Assembly: GCA_963711005.1 (NCBI GenBank)
Contig: CAVQCJ010000004.1
Coordinates: 464,099-528,098, forward strand
DNA from: an uncultured Actinomycetota bacterium
GTDB lineage: Bacteria; Actinomycetota; Actinomycetes; Prado026
Length of the DNA: 64,000 bases
Direction: 5' to 3'
The notes below the pieces were generated by a model, which saw nothing but the letters and a program-made list of their open reading frames with translations, made no database searches and had not been told where the DNA came from. Each line of letters starts with the position of its first letter. Position 1 is the stretch's first letter. Shown here piece by piece: positions 34,805 through 45,597 of this stretch. The translations under genes were made by a program, and so were the position numbers.

Positions 34805-36358
34805 GTGTTCGCCAGCCTGCAGGACCGTCTCGCCGCGACGTTCAAGAACCTGCGCGGCAAGGGTCGCTTGTCCGAGGCCGACATCGACGACACCTGTGCC
34901 GACATCCGGGTCGCACTGCTCGAGGCCGACGTCGCGCTACCGGTCGTGCGCACGTTCGTCGCCCAGGTCAAGGTGCGGGCGATGGGGGCCGAGGTCTCCC
35001 AGGCGCTCAACCCCGCCCAGCAGGTCGTCAAGATCGTCGACGAGGAGCTCGTCCAGATCCTGGGCGGCGAGACGCGCCGGGTCCGGCTGGCCAAGACCCC
35101 GCCGACCGTGGTGATGCTGCTCGGCCTCCAGGGCGCCGGCAAGACGACGCTGGCCGGCAAGCTGGCCCGCTGGTTCCACGAGCAGGGCCACGCCCCGCTG
35201 CTGGTCGCCGCCGACCTGCAGCGTCCCAACGCCGTGACCCAGCTCCAGGTGGTCGGCGAGCGCGCCGGCGTCCCGGTCTTCGCCCCGGAGCCCGGCAACG
35301 GTGTCGGGGACCCGGTGCGGGTGTCCAGGGACGCCGTCGAGCACGCCAAGACCAAGCAGTACGACGTCGTCATCGTCGACACGGCCGGTCGTCTGGCGAT
35401 CGACGAGGAGCTCATGACGCAGGCCGCCCACATCCGGGCCGCGGTCGACCCCGACGAGGTCCTGCTGGTCGTCGACGCGATGATCGGTCAGGACTCCGTC
35501 GTCACTGCCCAGGCGTTCGCCGAGCAGGTCGGCTTCGACGGGGTCGTGCTCACCAAGCTCGACGGCGACGCCCGCGGCGGGGCCGCGCTGTCCATTGCCA
35601 CGGTCACCGGCAAGCCGGTGATGTTCGCGTCCAACGGCGAGAAGCTCGAGGACTTCGACGTCTTCCATCCGGAGCGGATGGCGTCCCGGATCCTCGGCAT
35701 GGGCGACATGCTCACGCTGATCGAGCAGGCCGAGAAGACGTTCGACCGCGAGCAGTCCGAGGCGATGGCCGCGAAGCTGGTCGGCGGTGGCGACTTCACC
35801 CTCGACGACTTCCTGGCCCAGATGCAGGCTGTGCGGAAGATGGGCTCGCTGACCAAGCTGCTCGGGATGCTCCCGGGCATGGGGGAGATGCGCGAGCAGA
35901 TCGAGAACATCGACGAGCGGGAGATCGACCGCGTCTCGGCGATCATCCAGTCGATGACCCCGACCGAGCGGCAGGACCCGAAGATCCTCAACGGGTCGCG
36001 CCGGGCCAGGATCGCGCGCGGGTCGGGCACCGAGGTCAGCGAGGTGAACGGGCTCGTCGACCGCTTCGACGACGCCCGGAAGATGATGGCGTCGATGGGC
36101 AAGGGCGGCATGCCGTCGATCCCGGGGATGCCAGCGGGTCTGGGCGGGATGGCGGGCGGTCCCGGCCGCGGCCGGCCCGGCAAGCAGGCCAAGCAGGGGA
36201 AGAAGGCCAAGCGCGGCAGCGGCAACCCGGCCAAGCGGGTCGAGCAGGAGCGGGCTGTCGCCAGCCGCCGTACCGACGCTGCGGGTGCCGCCCAGGCAGC
36301 CGCCCTCGACTCCTTCGAGCTCCCCGAGGAGCTCAAAGGCCTCCTCCCACCCGGCTGA
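34805..36358 (+). CDS. ffh: Signal recognition particle protein
   Basis: GLQGAGKTT, DTAGRL, TKLDGDARGGA, Met-rich M domain. Confidence 0.97.
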   Translation: MFASLQDRLAATFKNLRGKGRLSEADIDDTCADIRVALLEADVALPVVRTFVAQVKVRAMGAEVSQALNPAQQVVKIVDEELVQILGGETRRVRLAKTPPTVVMLLGLQGAGKTTLAGKLARWFHEQGHAPLLVAADLQRPNAVTQLQVVGERAGVPVFAPEPGNGVGDPVRVSRDAVEHAKTKQYDVVIVDTAGRLAIDEELMTQAAHIRAAVDPDEVLLVVDAMIGQDSVVTAQAFAEQVGFDGVVLTKLDGDARGGAALSIATVTGKPVMFASNGEKLEDFDVFHPERMASRILGMGDMLTLIEQAEKTFDREQSEAMAAKLVGGGDFTLDDFLAQMQAVRKMGSLTKLLGMLPGMGEMREQIENIDEREIDRVSAIIQSMTPTERQDPKILNGSRRARIARGSGTEVSEVNGLVDRFDDARKMMASMGKGGMPSIPGMPAGLGGMAGGPGRGRPGKQAKQGKKAKRGSGNPAKRVEQERAVASRRTDAAGAAQAAALDSFELPEELKGLLPPG

Positions 36359-36539
36359 CCCAGCACCTCGGGGCCGGCGTTTTCGCTCCTGGCTGGGGGC
36401 TCTGGCACACTGAGCGACCGAACGCCGCCGCGCGGGGCCCTCTCTCCCTGCCCGAGGCGTCCACCCGAGGCTTCCGGCGCCGCAACCCCACGCGGGCAGA
36501 CGGGTCTCACCCCATCGACACCCAGGAGATGTCCCTCCC

Positions 36540-37169
36540 GTGGCAGTGAAGATCAAGCTCAAGCGCCTCGGCAAGATGCGCAACCCGCAGTACCGGATCG
36601 TGGTCGCCGACGCGCGCACGAAGCGCGACGGCCGGGCGATCGAGGAGATCGGCAAGTACCACCCCAAGGAGCACCCGAGCCTCATCGAGGTCGACTCCGC
36701 CCGGGCCCGCTACTGGCTCGGCGTCGGCGCGCAGCCGACCGAGGCCGTCGAGGCGATCCTCAAGGTGACCGGCGACTGGCAGGCCGCCAAGGGCCTGCCC
36801 GGCTCCGAGGGCACGTTGCAGGTGCGGGCGCCCCGCGCGGACAAGAAGGCGGTCTTCGAGGCGGCGGCCAAGGAGTCGGCCGACGAGCCGCGAGCCGAGG
36901 CCGTGACCCCGCGGGCGAAGAAGGCCCCGGCCAAGGCGGCTCCCGTCGAGGAGAGCCCGGCGGCCGAGGTCGCCCAGGCCCCGGCCGAGACGCCCCCCGA
37001 GACCGCCGAGGTCGTGGAGACCGGGCCGACCCCCGAGGCCGCCGAGCCGGTCGCTGAGGCGGCTGAGGCGGCTGAGGTGGCTGAGGCGGCTGAGGCGGCT
37101 GAGGCGGCGCCCGTCACCGACGAGCCCGCGCCGGCCGCGGACACCGAGGGAACGAGCGAGCAGGCCTGA
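36540..37169 (+). CDS. rpsP: 30S ribosomal protein S16 with long Ala/Glu tail
   Basis: [25 protein letters not shown]. Confidence 0.97.
   Translation: MAVKIKLKRLGKMRNPQYRIVVADARTKRDGRAIEEIGKYHPKEHPSLIEVDSARARYWLGVGAQPTEAVEAILKVTGDWQAAKGLPGSEGTLQVRAPRADKKAVFEAAAKESADEPRAEAVTPRAKKAPAKAAPVEESPAAEVAQAPAETPPETAEVVETGPTPEAAEPVAEAAEAAEVAEAAEAAEAAPVTDEPAPAADTEGTSEQA
37053..37106 (+). repeat. 9-bp coding tandem repeat (GCTGAGGCG x6, one variant) in the rpsP tail
   Basis: Read directly; encodes AEA/AEV units. Confidence 0.9.
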
Positions 37170-37411
37170 TGGACGACGAGGCGCTCGAGCACCTGGTCAA
37201 GGGCATCGTCGAGCACCCGGACGACGTCACGGTCCAGCCGCGCACCCTGCGGCGGGGGCGGGTGCTCGAGGTCCGCGTGCACCCCGACGACCTCGGCAAG
37301 GTCATCGGCCGCGGCGGGCGTACGGCCAAGGCCCTGCGCACCGTCATCGGCGCGATCAGCCCCGGACACGGCGTCCGGATCGACTTCGTCGACGTCGACG
37401 AGGTGCGCTGA
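37169..37411 (+). CDS. khpA: KH-domain RNA-binding protein (KhpA family)
   Basis: [17 protein letters not shown]; rpsP-rimM synteny. Confidence 0.93.
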   Translation: MDDEALEHLVKGIVEHPDDVTVQPRTLRRGRVLEVRVHPDDLGKVIGRGGRTAKALRTVIGAISPGHGVRIDFVDVDEVR

Positions 37412-37416
37412 CCCCG

Positions 37417-37935
37417 ATGCTGCTGGTCGTCGGCCGCATCGGTCGCGCCCATGGCATCAAGGGCGAGGTCACCGTCGACGTCCGCACGGACGAGCCCGAG
37501 GACCGGATGCCGCCCGGCGCCGTGCTGGTCACCGAACCCGAGGCCGTCGGTCCGCTGACCGTACGGACCGGGCGCGTGCACAGCGGACGCTTGCTGCTCG
37601 CGTTCGACGGGGTCGACGACCGGACGGCCGCCGAGGCGTTGCGGGGGACGCTCCTGCTGGTCGACATCGACCCGGCGGTCAGCCCGGCCGACGAGGACGA
37701 GTGGTACGACCACCAGCTGGTCGGCCTCGACGTGGTGCTGACGGACGGGCGCGTGCTGGGAACCGTGCGAGAGGTCCTGCACCTGCCCGGCCACGACGTG
37801 CTCGCCGTCGACCGCGCCGGCGGCGTCGAGCTGCTGGTCCCGTTCGTGCACGAGATCGTTCCCGAGGTGGACCTCGGCGGGCGCCGGCTCGTGGTCGACC
37901 CCCCGCCGGGCTTGCTCGACGATGCGGACGGCTGA
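37417..37935 (+). CDS. rimM: Ribosome maturation factor
   Basis: [33 protein letters not shown]. Confidence 0.96.
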   Translation: MLLVVGRIGRAHGIKGEVTVDVRTDEPEDRMPPGAVLVTEPEAVGPLTVRTGRVHSGRLLLAFDGVDDRTAAEALRGTLLLVDIDPAVSPADEDEWYDHQLVGLDVVLTDGRVLGTVREVLHLPGHDVLAVDRAGGVELLVPFVHEIVPEVDLGGRRLVVDPPPGLLDDADG

Positions 37936-38746
37936 CGTGCGCATCGACGTCGTCACGATCTTCCCCGAGTACCTCGCCCCGCTCGGGCTCTCGCTCCTGG
38001 GCCGGGCCCGCGAGGCCGGGCTGGTGGATCTTCGCGTGCACGACCTGCGCGCGTACGCCCCGGACCGGCACCGCACGGTCGACGACACCCCGTACGGCGG
38101 CGGCGCCGGCATGGTGATGACGCCGGAGCCCTGGGGACGTGCGCTGGACGAGCTGCTGGGGTCCGCCGGACCGGCGCCGGCGACCGCGCCGCGCCTGGTG
38201 GTGCCCACCCCGTCGGGCCGCCGCTTCGACCAGGTCCTGGCGGTCGAGCTCGCGGCCGAGCCCTGGCTGGTCCTGGCCTGCGGGCGGTACGAGGGGATCG
38301 ACCGCCGCTTCGTCGAAGACGCCGCCGGGCGGGTGCGGGTCGACGAGGTCTCGGTCGGCGACTACGTCCTGGCCGGCGGGGAGTCCGCCGCGATCGTGGT
38401 GGTGGAGGCCGTGACCCGGCTGCTGCCCGGGGTGCTGGGCAACGCCGAGTCCCTGGCCGAGGAGTCGCACGCCGACGGCCTGCTGGAGTACCCGGTCTAC
38501 ACCAAGCCGGCGCAGTGGCGCGGGCACGAGGTTCCTGCGGTGCTGCTCAGCGGGAACCACCAGGCGGTGGCCGGCTGGCGGCGCGCGGCCGCCGTGCGGC
38601 GGACCGCCGCCATGCGGCCGGACCTGCTGCTGGCCCTCGACCCGGCCACGCTGGACCGGGCGGACCGTGAGCTGCTGGCCACGCTCGGCTGGACCGTGGG
38701 GCCCGACGGGCGGTTTTCGCCGCCCGGCGACGCTGTGACACACTAG
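37922..38746 (+). CDS. trmD: tRNA (guanine37-N1)-methyltransferase
   Basis: [29 protein letters not shown]; start may be GTG about 15 nt downstream. Confidence 0.97.
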   Translation: MRTADVRIDVVTIFPEYLAPLGLSLLGRAREAGLVDLRVHDLRAYAPDRHRTVDDTPYGGGAGMVMTPEPWGRALDELLGSAGPAPATAPRLVVPTPSGRRFDQVLAVELAAEPWLVLACGRYEGIDRRFVEDAAGRVRVDEVSVGDYVLAGGESAAIVVVEAVTRLLPGVLGNAESLAEESHADGLLEYPVYTKPAQWRGHEVPAVLLSGNHQAVAGWRRAAAVRRTAAMRPDLLLALDPATLDRADRELLATLGWTVGPDGRFSPPGDAVTH

Positions 38747-38916
38747 GCCGCCGTTCCGCACCACCTCGCGTGCTCCAGCGTGCCCTGCCACAGGGGGGCG
38801 CAGCGCGGGTGCGGACCGGTCAGCCAGCTCGTCCGTCCGCACGTCCCGGCGCCTGCCGGCCCGTGCCTGCTCACACCGCAGCAGACCCGTGGCTCCTGCG
38901 AGAAAGCGACCCGACC

Positions 38917-39282
38917 ATGCAGACCCTCGACTTCGTGGACGCCGCCTCGATGCGTCCCGACCTGCCCGACTTCCGGTCCGGCGACACGCTGAAGGTCCAC
39001 GTGCGGGTCGTCGAGGGCAACAAGTCCCGGATCCAGGTCTTCCAGGGCGTGGTCATCCGCCGCCAGGGCGCGGGGGTCCGGGCGACGTTCACCGTCCGCA
39101 AGGTGAGCTACGGCGTCGGGGTCGAGCGCACGTTCCCCCTGCACACCCCGGTGATCGAGAAGATCGAGGTCGTCACCCGCGGCGACGTGCGCCGCGCCAA
39201 GCTGTACTACCTGCGCGACCTGCGCGGCAAGAAGGCCCGGATCAAGGAGAAGCGCGACGCCATGCCCCAGCCGCAGGCCTGA
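38917..39282 (+). CDS. rplS: 50S ribosomal protein L19
   Basis: [34 protein letters not shown]. Confidence 0.98.
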   Translation: MQTLDFVDAASMRPDLPDFRSGDTLKVHVRVVEGNKSRIQVFQGVVIRRQGAGVRATFTVRKVSYGVGVERTFPLHTPVIEKIEVVTRGDVRRAKLYYLRDLRGKKARIKEKRDAMPQPQA

Positions 39283-39327
39283 TCCGCGCTCAGCGGCTGT
39301 TCAGACAGCTCACGTAGTCTGCCGTCG

Positions 39328-40176
39328 ATGGACGCCAACACCGCCGGGGTCGAACCTGTGGACGAGCCGGTCGCGCCCAAGCGCAGCCCGAAGCCGTCAC
39401 CGCCCGGGTCGGTGTGGCGGGAGCTGCCCATCCTGATCGTGGTCGCGGTCGCGCTGGCGATCCTGCTCAAGACCTTCCTGCTGCAGGCGTTCTACATCCC
39501 CTCGGGGTCGATGGAGAACACGCTTCAGGTCGGCGACCGGGTCATGGTCAACAAGGTCGTGTACCACCTGCGTGACATCAAGCGCGGCGACATCGTCGTG
39601 TTCGACGGCCTGGACTCGTTCACCCCCGAGGTGACGATCGCCGAGCCGACCAACCCGGTCGCCAAGGGACTGGGCTGGTTCGCCGGCCTCGTCGGCTTCG
39701 CGCCTCCGTCGGAGAAGGACTTCATCAAGCGGGTCATCGGGATCCCCGGCGACCGCGTCGTCTGCTGTGACGCGCAGGGGCGGGTCACGGTCAACAACGT
39801 TCCGCTGGACGAGAAGGACTACCTCTACCCGGGCGTCAAGCCGTCCGAGCAGCCGTTCGACATCACCGTCCCGGCCGGGCGGCTCTGGGTGATGGGCGAC
39901 CACCGCGACATGTCGTCGGACTCGCGCGCCCACCTTGCCGACCCGGGCGGCGGCACGGTCCCCGAGGACAAGGTGATCGGACGCGCGTTCGTGGTCATCT
40001 GGCCGGTCTCGCACTGGGCCTGGCTGTCGAACCCCGCGACGTACGACAAGCCCGGGCTGGCGAAGTCGGCCGCCGCTGCGGCGAGCAGCCCGCTCGCCCT
40101 CGGCCTGGTCGGCGCGCTGCCGGTCGTCGCGGTGCGGCGGCGGCGCCGCCACCGCCGGCGCACCGCGCAGACCTGA
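39328..40176 (+). CDS. lepB: Signal peptidase I with extra C-terminal hydrophobic anchor
   Basis: IPSGSMENTL, FIKRVIG, MGDHR..SSDSR. Confidence 0.95.
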   Translation: MDANTAGVEPVDEPVAPKRSPKPSPPGSVWRELPILIVVAVALAILLKTFLLQAFYIPSGSMENTLQVGDRVMVNKVVYHLRDIKRGDIVVFDGLDSFTPEVTIAEPTNPVAKGLGWFAGLVGFAPPSEKDFIKRVIGIPGDRVVCCDAQGRVTVNNVPLDEKDYLYPGVKPSEQPFDITVPAGRLWVMGDHRDMSSDSRAHLADPGGGTVPEDKVIGRAFVVIWPVSHWAWLSNPATYDKPGLAKSAAAAASSPLALGLVGALPVVAVRRRRRHRRRTAQT

Positions 40177-40179
40177 CCC

Positions 40180-40701
40180 GTGGCCGTCGAGGTCCCTGCC
40201 GGCCTGGTCGCCGACGTGGAGCGCACGTCCGTCCGCGTCGTGGTCCAGGACGGCACCGGCGCAGTGCTGCTGTTCGAGACCGTCGACCCGTACAACCGCG
40301 GTCTCGGAACCTGGTGGGAGCTGCCCGGCGGCGGGATGGAGCCGGGGGAGTCGGTGGCGGGCACCGCGGCGCGCGAGCTCGCCGAGGAGACCGGCTTCCG
40401 GGTGGCGGCGGCCGAGTTCGGCCCGCCCACCTGGACCAGGGCGGCGACCTACCTGCGCCGTGGGCGGCGGGTGCTCCAGCACGAGCTGGTGGTCGCGGTG
40501 CGGCTGCCCGGTCGCGGTCCGGAGCCGGTCCGCGACAACCGCACGCCCGAGGAGCTCGAGGACTACACCGGGTATCGCTGGTGGCCGGTTCCGGAGGTGG
40601 TCGCGGCCGGCGAGAGGTTCTTCCCCGGCCGACTGCCCGAGCTGCTGCCCGCGTTCCTCGCCGGCGAGCCGATCGAAGAGGCCTTCGAGTGGTGGAACTG
40701 A
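40180..40701 (+). CDS. NUDIX hydrolase
   Basis: PGGGMEPGES...AARELAEETG Nudix box. Confidence 0.92.
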   Translation: MAVEVPAGLVADVERTSVRVVVQDGTGAVLLFETVDPYNRGLGTWWELPGGGMEPGESVAGTAARELAEETGFRVAAAEFGPPTWTRAATYLRRGRRVLQHELVVAVRLPGRGPEPVRDNRTPEELEDYTGYRWWPVPEVVAAGERFFPGRLPELLPAFLAGEPIEEAFEWWN

Positions 40702-40720
40702 CCGGACGTACGCTGCGGGC

Positions 40721-41239
40721 ATGACCTCCCCCGCCCCGGGTGTCGGCCCCGCCGCCGAGCCCGTGATCGACCGGGTGGGCGCTCGGGTTCTGGTGGTGGA
40801 CGCCCGGTCGCGGGTGCTGCTGCTGCGCGGGCGGGACCCGGCCGACCCCGGCTCGGGGCCGTGGTGGTTCACCCCCGGCGGCGGCGTGGACCCGGGCGAG
40901 ACCCTCGAGCAGGCCGCCAGCCGCGAGGTCGCCGAGGAGACCGGGCTGGTCGCCACCGACCTGGGTCGTCCGGTCTGGGTGCGTACGGCCGAGTTCGGCT
41001 TCCTCGGCCGTCGCTACCGCCAGCGCGAGAGCTTCTTCCTCGTGCGCGTGCGCTCGCACGAGGTCGACACCTCCGGCTGGACCCAGGTCGAGCGCGACAG
41101 CATCGATGACTACCGCTGGTGGTCGGTCGACGAGCTCGCCGGCACGGCGGAGGTGGTGTACCCGCGGTCGCTGGGCGCCGAGCTGGGCCGGCTGCTCGCC
41201 GACGGCCCGCCCGACGCGCCCCGGGACGTCGGGCCGTGA
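40721..41239 (+). CDS. NUDIX hydrolase
   Basis: PGGGVDPGET...ASREVAEETG Nudix box. Confidence 0.92.
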   Translation: MTSPAPGVGPAAEPVIDRVGARVLVVDARSRVLLLRGRDPADPGSGPWWFTPGGGVDPGETLEQAASREVAEETGLVATDLGRPVWVRTAEFGFLGRRYRQRESFFLVRVRSHEVDTSGWTQVERDSIDDYRWWSVDELAGTAEVVYPRSLGAELGRLLADGPPDAPRDVGP

Positions 41240-42075
41240 GCCGCACAGCCGCCCGCCCCCCCGGCCGCGCACCGCGGCTGCTGGTCGAGGCCGGGCTGGC
41301 TGACGAGGGTTACGTCGTCGTCGCCGGGGCCGACGAGGTCGGTCGCGGATCCCTGGCCGGCCCGGTCACTGTCGGCGTCGTCGTCGTCGACCCGGCCGTC
41401 GGCCGTCCGCCCCGAGGTCTGCGCGACAGCAAGCTGCTGACCGCCGAGCAGCGGCGCGCCCTGATCCCACGCATCCACCGATGGGTGGTCGCCGGGGCCG
41501 TCGCCGACGCCACCGCGGCGGAGATCGACACGTACGGCATCATCGCCGCGCTCCGGCTGGCCGCGCACCGGGCGCTGGCGGCGCTGCCCGACCTGCCCGA
41601 CTGCGTGCTCCTCGACGGCAACCACGACTACCTGACCCCGCGGGCGCAGCTCACCCTCGACGTCGTGCCGACCCGGCCCGAGCCCGAGCCGGTCGGCCTG
41701 CCGCGCCACCCGACCGTGCGCACCCGGATCAAGGCCGACCTCACCTGCGCCAGCGTGGCGGCGGCGAGCGTGCTGGCCAAGGCGACAAGGGACGCGTACA
41801 TGGTCGGGCTGGCGGCCGAGCACCCCGAGTACGGGTGGGAGGTCAACAAGGGGTACGCGACGCCGTACCACCGGGCCGCCCTTCGCCGGTTCGGGCCGTC
41901 CCGCTACCACCGGGTGACCTGGCGCCTGGGCCTGGACGACGACGCCGCCGAGGACGGGCTCGACGGGGACGGGCTGTCCGAGGAGGAGCTGGCGTCGGAG
42001 GCGGACGTGGACCTGACGGACGGGCAAGATGGGGTCGTGACGGTTCCGACGGCTGGCGGGGAGGTGCGGCGGTGA
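41236..42075 (+). CDS. rnhB: Ribonuclease HII
   Basis: GADEVGRGSLAGPV, DSKLL, DGN, AAASVLAK, NKGY. Confidence 0.95.
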   Translation: MSRTAARPPGRAPRLLVEAGLADEGYVVVAGADEVGRGSLAGPVTVGVVVVDPAVGRPPRGLRDSKLLTAEQRRALIPRIHRWVVAGAVADATAAEIDTYGIIAALRLAAHRALAALPDLPDCVLLDGNHDYLTPRAQLTLDVVPTRPEPEPVGLPRHPTVRTRIKADLTCASVAAASVLAKATRDAYMVGLAAEHPEYGWEVNKGYATPYHRAALRRFGPSRYHRVTWRLGLDDDAAEDGLDGDGLSEEELASEADVDLTDGQDGVVTVPTAGGEVRR

Positions 42076-42380
42076 GCGCCGAGGACCTCGAGCGGTACGA
42101 GACCGACATGGAGCTGCAGCTGTACCGCGAGTACCGCGACGTGGTGGGCCTGTTCGGGTACGTCGTCGAGACCGAGCGCCGTTTCTACCTGACGAACAAG
42201 GTCGACCTGCAGGTGCGTACGGCGGACGGCGAGGTCTACTTCGAGGTCACGATGAGCGATGCGTGGGTCTGGGACATGTACCGGCCCGCGCGGTTCGTCA
42301 AGAACGTGAAGGTGCTGACGTTCAAGGACGTGAACGTCGAGGAGCTCGCCCAGCCCGACCTCCAGGTCCCGCAGGAGTGA
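42072..42380 (+). CDS. DUF2469 family protein
   Basis: MSAEDLERYETDMELQLYREY...WVWDMYRPARF. Confidence 0.93.
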   Translation: MSAEDLERYETDMELQLYREYRDVVGLFGYVVETERRFYLTNKVDLQVRTADGEVYFEVTMSDAWVWDMYRPARFVKNVKVLTFKDVNVEELAQPDLQVPQE

Positions 42381-42473
42381 CCCTGCTGTGGACGGCATGC
42401 GCCGTCCACAGCACGCCGACCGCCAGGTGCGCGTGCAGCCGATCCCGCCGAGCCTTGCCGGCGGAGGTGGTCG

Positions 42474-42836
42474 GTGGTGCGGGCGAAGGACGCGCTTGGT
42501 CGCTACGGCGAGGACGTGGCGGCCAGGCATCTGATCGAGCAGGGCATCGTGGTGCTGGAACGCAACTGGCGGTGCGACGCGGGCGAGATCGACATCGTCG
42601 GTCGCGATGGTGCCGTGCTGGTGATCTGCGAGGTCAAGACGCGTCGCACCACCGGGTTCGGGACCCCGCTGGAAGCCGTGACTGCGGCGAAGGCGGCCCG
42701 GCTGCGACGGCTGGCCGGGCGTTGGCTGGCCGCGCGTGACGTACGACCGGCACACGTGCGCTTCGACGTCGTCGGCGTGCTCGCGTCCGGTCACGGCGCC
42801 GCGCGGGTCGACCATGTCCGCGGGGTGCTGTCGTGA
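42474..42836 (+). CDS. yraN: YraN family nuclease-like protein
   Basis: LGRYGE, RNWR, GEIDIV, EVKTR, RFDV. Confidence 0.93.
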   Translation: MVRAKDALGRYGEDVAARHLIEQGIVVLERNWRCDAGEIDIVGRDGAVLVICEVKTRRTTGFGTPLEAVTAAKAARLRRLAGRWLAARDVRPAHVRFDVVGVLASGHGAARVDHVRGVLS

Positions 42837-44368
42837 CACTGGCGAGAACCCGCTCGGTCGCCGTGGTCGGGGTCGTGGGCCATCTGGTCGAGGTCGAGGC
42901 CGACCTCGCCCACGGGCTGCCGGGTCTGACGCTGGTGGGTCTGCCGGACGCGGCGTTGTCGGAGTCCCGTGACCGGATCCGGGCCGCAGTGGTCAACAGC
43001 GGCGAGCCGTGGCCCCAGCACCGGATCACGTTGAACCTGTCCCCGGCGTCGTTGCCCAAGTCGGGCAGCGGTTTCGACCTGGCGCTGGCGGTCTGCGTGC
43101 TCGCGGCGGCGGAGCGGGTGCCCGCCGAGCAGGTCGCGGACCTCGTGCTGGTCGGGGAGCTCGGCCTGGACGGCGTGGTCCGTCCCGTCCGCGGTGTGCT
43201 CCCGGCGGTTCTCGCGGCGACCGCTGCCGGGCGGTGCAAGGTGGTCGTCCCGGTCGGCAACGCGGCCGAGGCCGCAGTGGTGCCCGGGGCGTCGGTGTTC
43301 GCGGTCTCCACCTTGTCCGAGCTCGTCGCCGTGCTGCGCGGCGACGCGGCCGGGACGGCGGTGCCGCGTCCGGACCTCGAGGCGAGCAGCGCTCCGCTGC
43401 CAGACCTCGTGGACGTCGCCGGACACGTGGGCGCCCGGTTCGCGCTCGAGGTCGCGGCCGCCGGCGGGCACCACCTGCTCCTGCACGGCCCGCCCGGAGC
43501 CGGCAAGACCATGCTGGCGGAACGGCTGCCCGGTCTGCTGCCGCCGCTCACCCGGGACCAGTCGCTGGAGGTGACCGCGATCCACTCGGTCGCCGGTGAG
43601 CTGCCCGACGGCGTCGCCCTGGTCACCGCGCCGCCGCTGCGTGCCCCGCACCACACGGCCTCGGCGGCGGCCATCGTGGGCGGGGGCAGCGGGATCGCCC
43701 GGCCCGGGGCGGCGAGCCTGGCCCACCACGGCGTGCTGTTCCTGGACGAAGCGCCCGAGTACGCCCGCGGGGTGCTGGACGCGCTCCGGCAGCCACTGGA
43801 GTCCGGGCGGGTCGTCCTGCACCGTTCGCGCGGCGCCGTCGACTTCCCGGCCCGTTTCCAGCTGGTCCTCGCCGCGAACCCGTGCCCGTGCGGGTTCGCC
43901 ACCACCGGGGCTCTGTGCCGCTGCACGCCCGTCACCCAGCTCAGGTACGTGGGGCGGATGTCCGGGCCGGTCCTGGACCGCATCGACCTGCTGGTCACCG
44001 TCGAGCAGCCCACGCGGGCGGAGCTGCTCGACGGAGGTGGTGGCGAACCGTCGGCGGCCGTCCGGGTCCGCGTCGCCGCGGCACGCGAACGGGCCCAGAG
44101 CCGCTGGCGGGACATGCCCTGGATCTGCAACGGCCAGGTGCCCGGCCCGGTGCTTCGCGGCCCCGACCACCGGCTGGCCGGTCCGGACCTGCAGCCCTTG
44201 CACGACGAGTTCGCCAAGGGCCGCCTCTCCGCACGGGGTGCGGACCGGGTGCTCCGGCTGGCGTGGACGCTCGCCGACCTGGCGGGGCACCGGCGCCCCC
44301 GGTTCAGCGAGATCGCCCACGCGGTGCACTTGCGCACCTCGTCCGTCCTGCCCGGGCTCGCCGCGTGA
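42833..44368 (+). CDS. comM: YifB/ComM AAA+ ATPase
   Basis: ESRDRIRAA, GPPGAGKTM, PHHTAS, GVLFLDE, NPCPCG. Confidence 0.93.
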   Translation: MTLARTRSVAVVGVVGHLVEVEADLAHGLPGLTLVGLPDAALSESRDRIRAAVVNSGEPWPQHRITLNLSPASLPKSGSGFDLALAVCVLAAAERVPAEQVADLVLVGELGLDGVVRPVRGVLPAVLAATAAGRCKVVVPVGNAAEAAVVPGASVFAVSTLSELVAVLRGDAAGTAVPRPDLEASSAPLPDLVDVAGHVGARFALEVAAAGGHHLLLHGPPGAGKTMLAERLPGLLPPLTRDQSLEVTAIHSVAGELPDGVALVTAPPLRAPHHTASAAAIVGGGSGIARPGAASLAHHGVLFLDEAPEYARGVLDALRQPLESGRVVLHRSRGAVDFPARFQLVLAANPCPCGFATTGALCRCTPVTQLRYVGRMSGPVLDRIDLLVTVEQPTRAELLDGGGGEPSAAVRVRVAAARERAQSRWRDMPWICNGQVPGPVLRGPDHRLAGPDLQPLHDEFAKGRLSARGADRVLRLAWTLADLAGHRRPRFSEIAHAVHLRTSSVLPGLAA

Positions 44369-45564
44369 GGGCCCCGGACGACGAGCGGCTCGCCCGTCTC
44401 GACCTGATGACCCTGGCCGAACCCAACGACGCCCGGCTGTGGGAGCTGGTCCGCCACGAAGGTCCCGTCGCTGCCCTTGAGCTGATCAGGACCGGCTCGC
44501 CGGACGGCCCGTACACCGCCCGGCTCGGGCTGCTCGACCCGGTGGCGGCGATGCGCCGGGCCGAGCGGCTCGGCGCCCGCTTCGTGGTGCCCGGTGACCT
44601 CGAGTGGCCCAGCCAGCTCGACGACCTGGACCTGCGTGCTGGCGAGGACCAGCCCCGGGCGGTGCCGCCGCTGGGCCTGTGGCTGCGGGGCCCGCAGCAC
44701 CTGCGCACGTCGGTCCTGCGCTCGGCTGCGGTGGTGGGCTCGCGGGCTGCGTCCGGCTACGGCTCGAGGGTCGCCTCGGAGCTGGGGGCCGGGCTGGCCG
44801 ACCGTGGCTGGACGACCGTCTCGGGCGCCGCGTACGGGATCGACTCGGCGGCGCACCGCGGTGCACTGGCGGCCGGCGGCGTCACGGTCGCCGTCCTCGC
44901 CTGCGGCGTCGACGTCGCCTACCCGCGCGGCCACCAGGGCCTGCTGGACCGGATCGGAGCGGAGGGACTGGTCGTGGCCGAGCTGCCGTTCGGCGCCCAT
45001 CCCACCCGCGGACGCTTCCTGGACCGCAACCGCCTGATCGCCGCGCTGACGCCCGGGACCGTCGTCGTGGAGGCCGCCTACCGCAGCGGCGCCGTCAACA
45101 CGACGACCTGGGCCCGACGCATGCGACGGCCGGTGCTCGGCGTTCCCGGGCCAGTCACGTCGCCGTTGTCGGCCGGTGTTCACCGGGAGATCCGCGAACG
45201 CGGCGCGACGCTGGTCGGCGGCGCCGGGGAGGTGGTGGCCGAGCTCGGGCCCATGGGCGAGGCACTGACCGAGGCCGCGGCGGAGGCCACCGCCGCCGGG
45301 CTGGCGACCCGCGCGGCCCGACGTGCCCACGACGGGCTGCCACCCGGCGACCTCCGGGTGCTGGACGCGCTCGACCTGGGCGTCTGGGTGAGCGAGCGGA
45401 CGGTGTCCTCCCGCAGCACGGTGGCCGGCCCGGACGTCCGTGCCGCGCTGCGCCGGCTGGCCGCACGGGGACTCGCCCAGGAGCAGGACGGACGCTGGCG
45501 GGCGCGGGCGGCGCGGGGGGACGTGCCGCGAGCTCCCGGGACGTCCGACCGTGGCGGTCCTTGA
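44365..45564 (+). CDS. dprA: DNA-processing protein DprA
   Basis: AVVGSR, SGAAYGID, FLDRNRLIA, VVEAAYRSGA. Confidence 0.94.
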   Translation: MRAPDDERLARLDLMTLAEPNDARLWELVRHEGPVAALELIRTGSPDGPYTARLGLLDPVAAMRRAERLGARFVVPGDLEWPSQLDDLDLRAGEDQPRAVPPLGLWLRGPQHLRTSVLRSAAVVGSRAASGYGSRVASELGAGLADRGWTTVSGAAYGIDSAAHRGALAAGGVTVAVLACGVDVAYPRGHQGLLDRIGAEGLVVAELPFGAHPTRGRFLDRNRLIAALTPGTVVVEAAYRSGAVNTTTWARRMRRPVLGVPGPVTSPLSAGVHREIRERGATLVGGAGEVVAELGPMGEALTEAAAEATAAGLATRAARRAHDGLPPGDLRVLDALDLGVWVSERTVSSRSTVAGPDVRAALRRLAARGLAQEQDGRWRARAARGDVPRAPGTSDRGGP

Positions 45565-45597
45565 CCGGGAAGGCCCTGGCACCCAGCGTGGGGCACC

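Noticed and set aside
42474-45564. yraN-comM-dprA as a novel system
   Set aside because: Well-known, widely conserved transformation/recombination cluster
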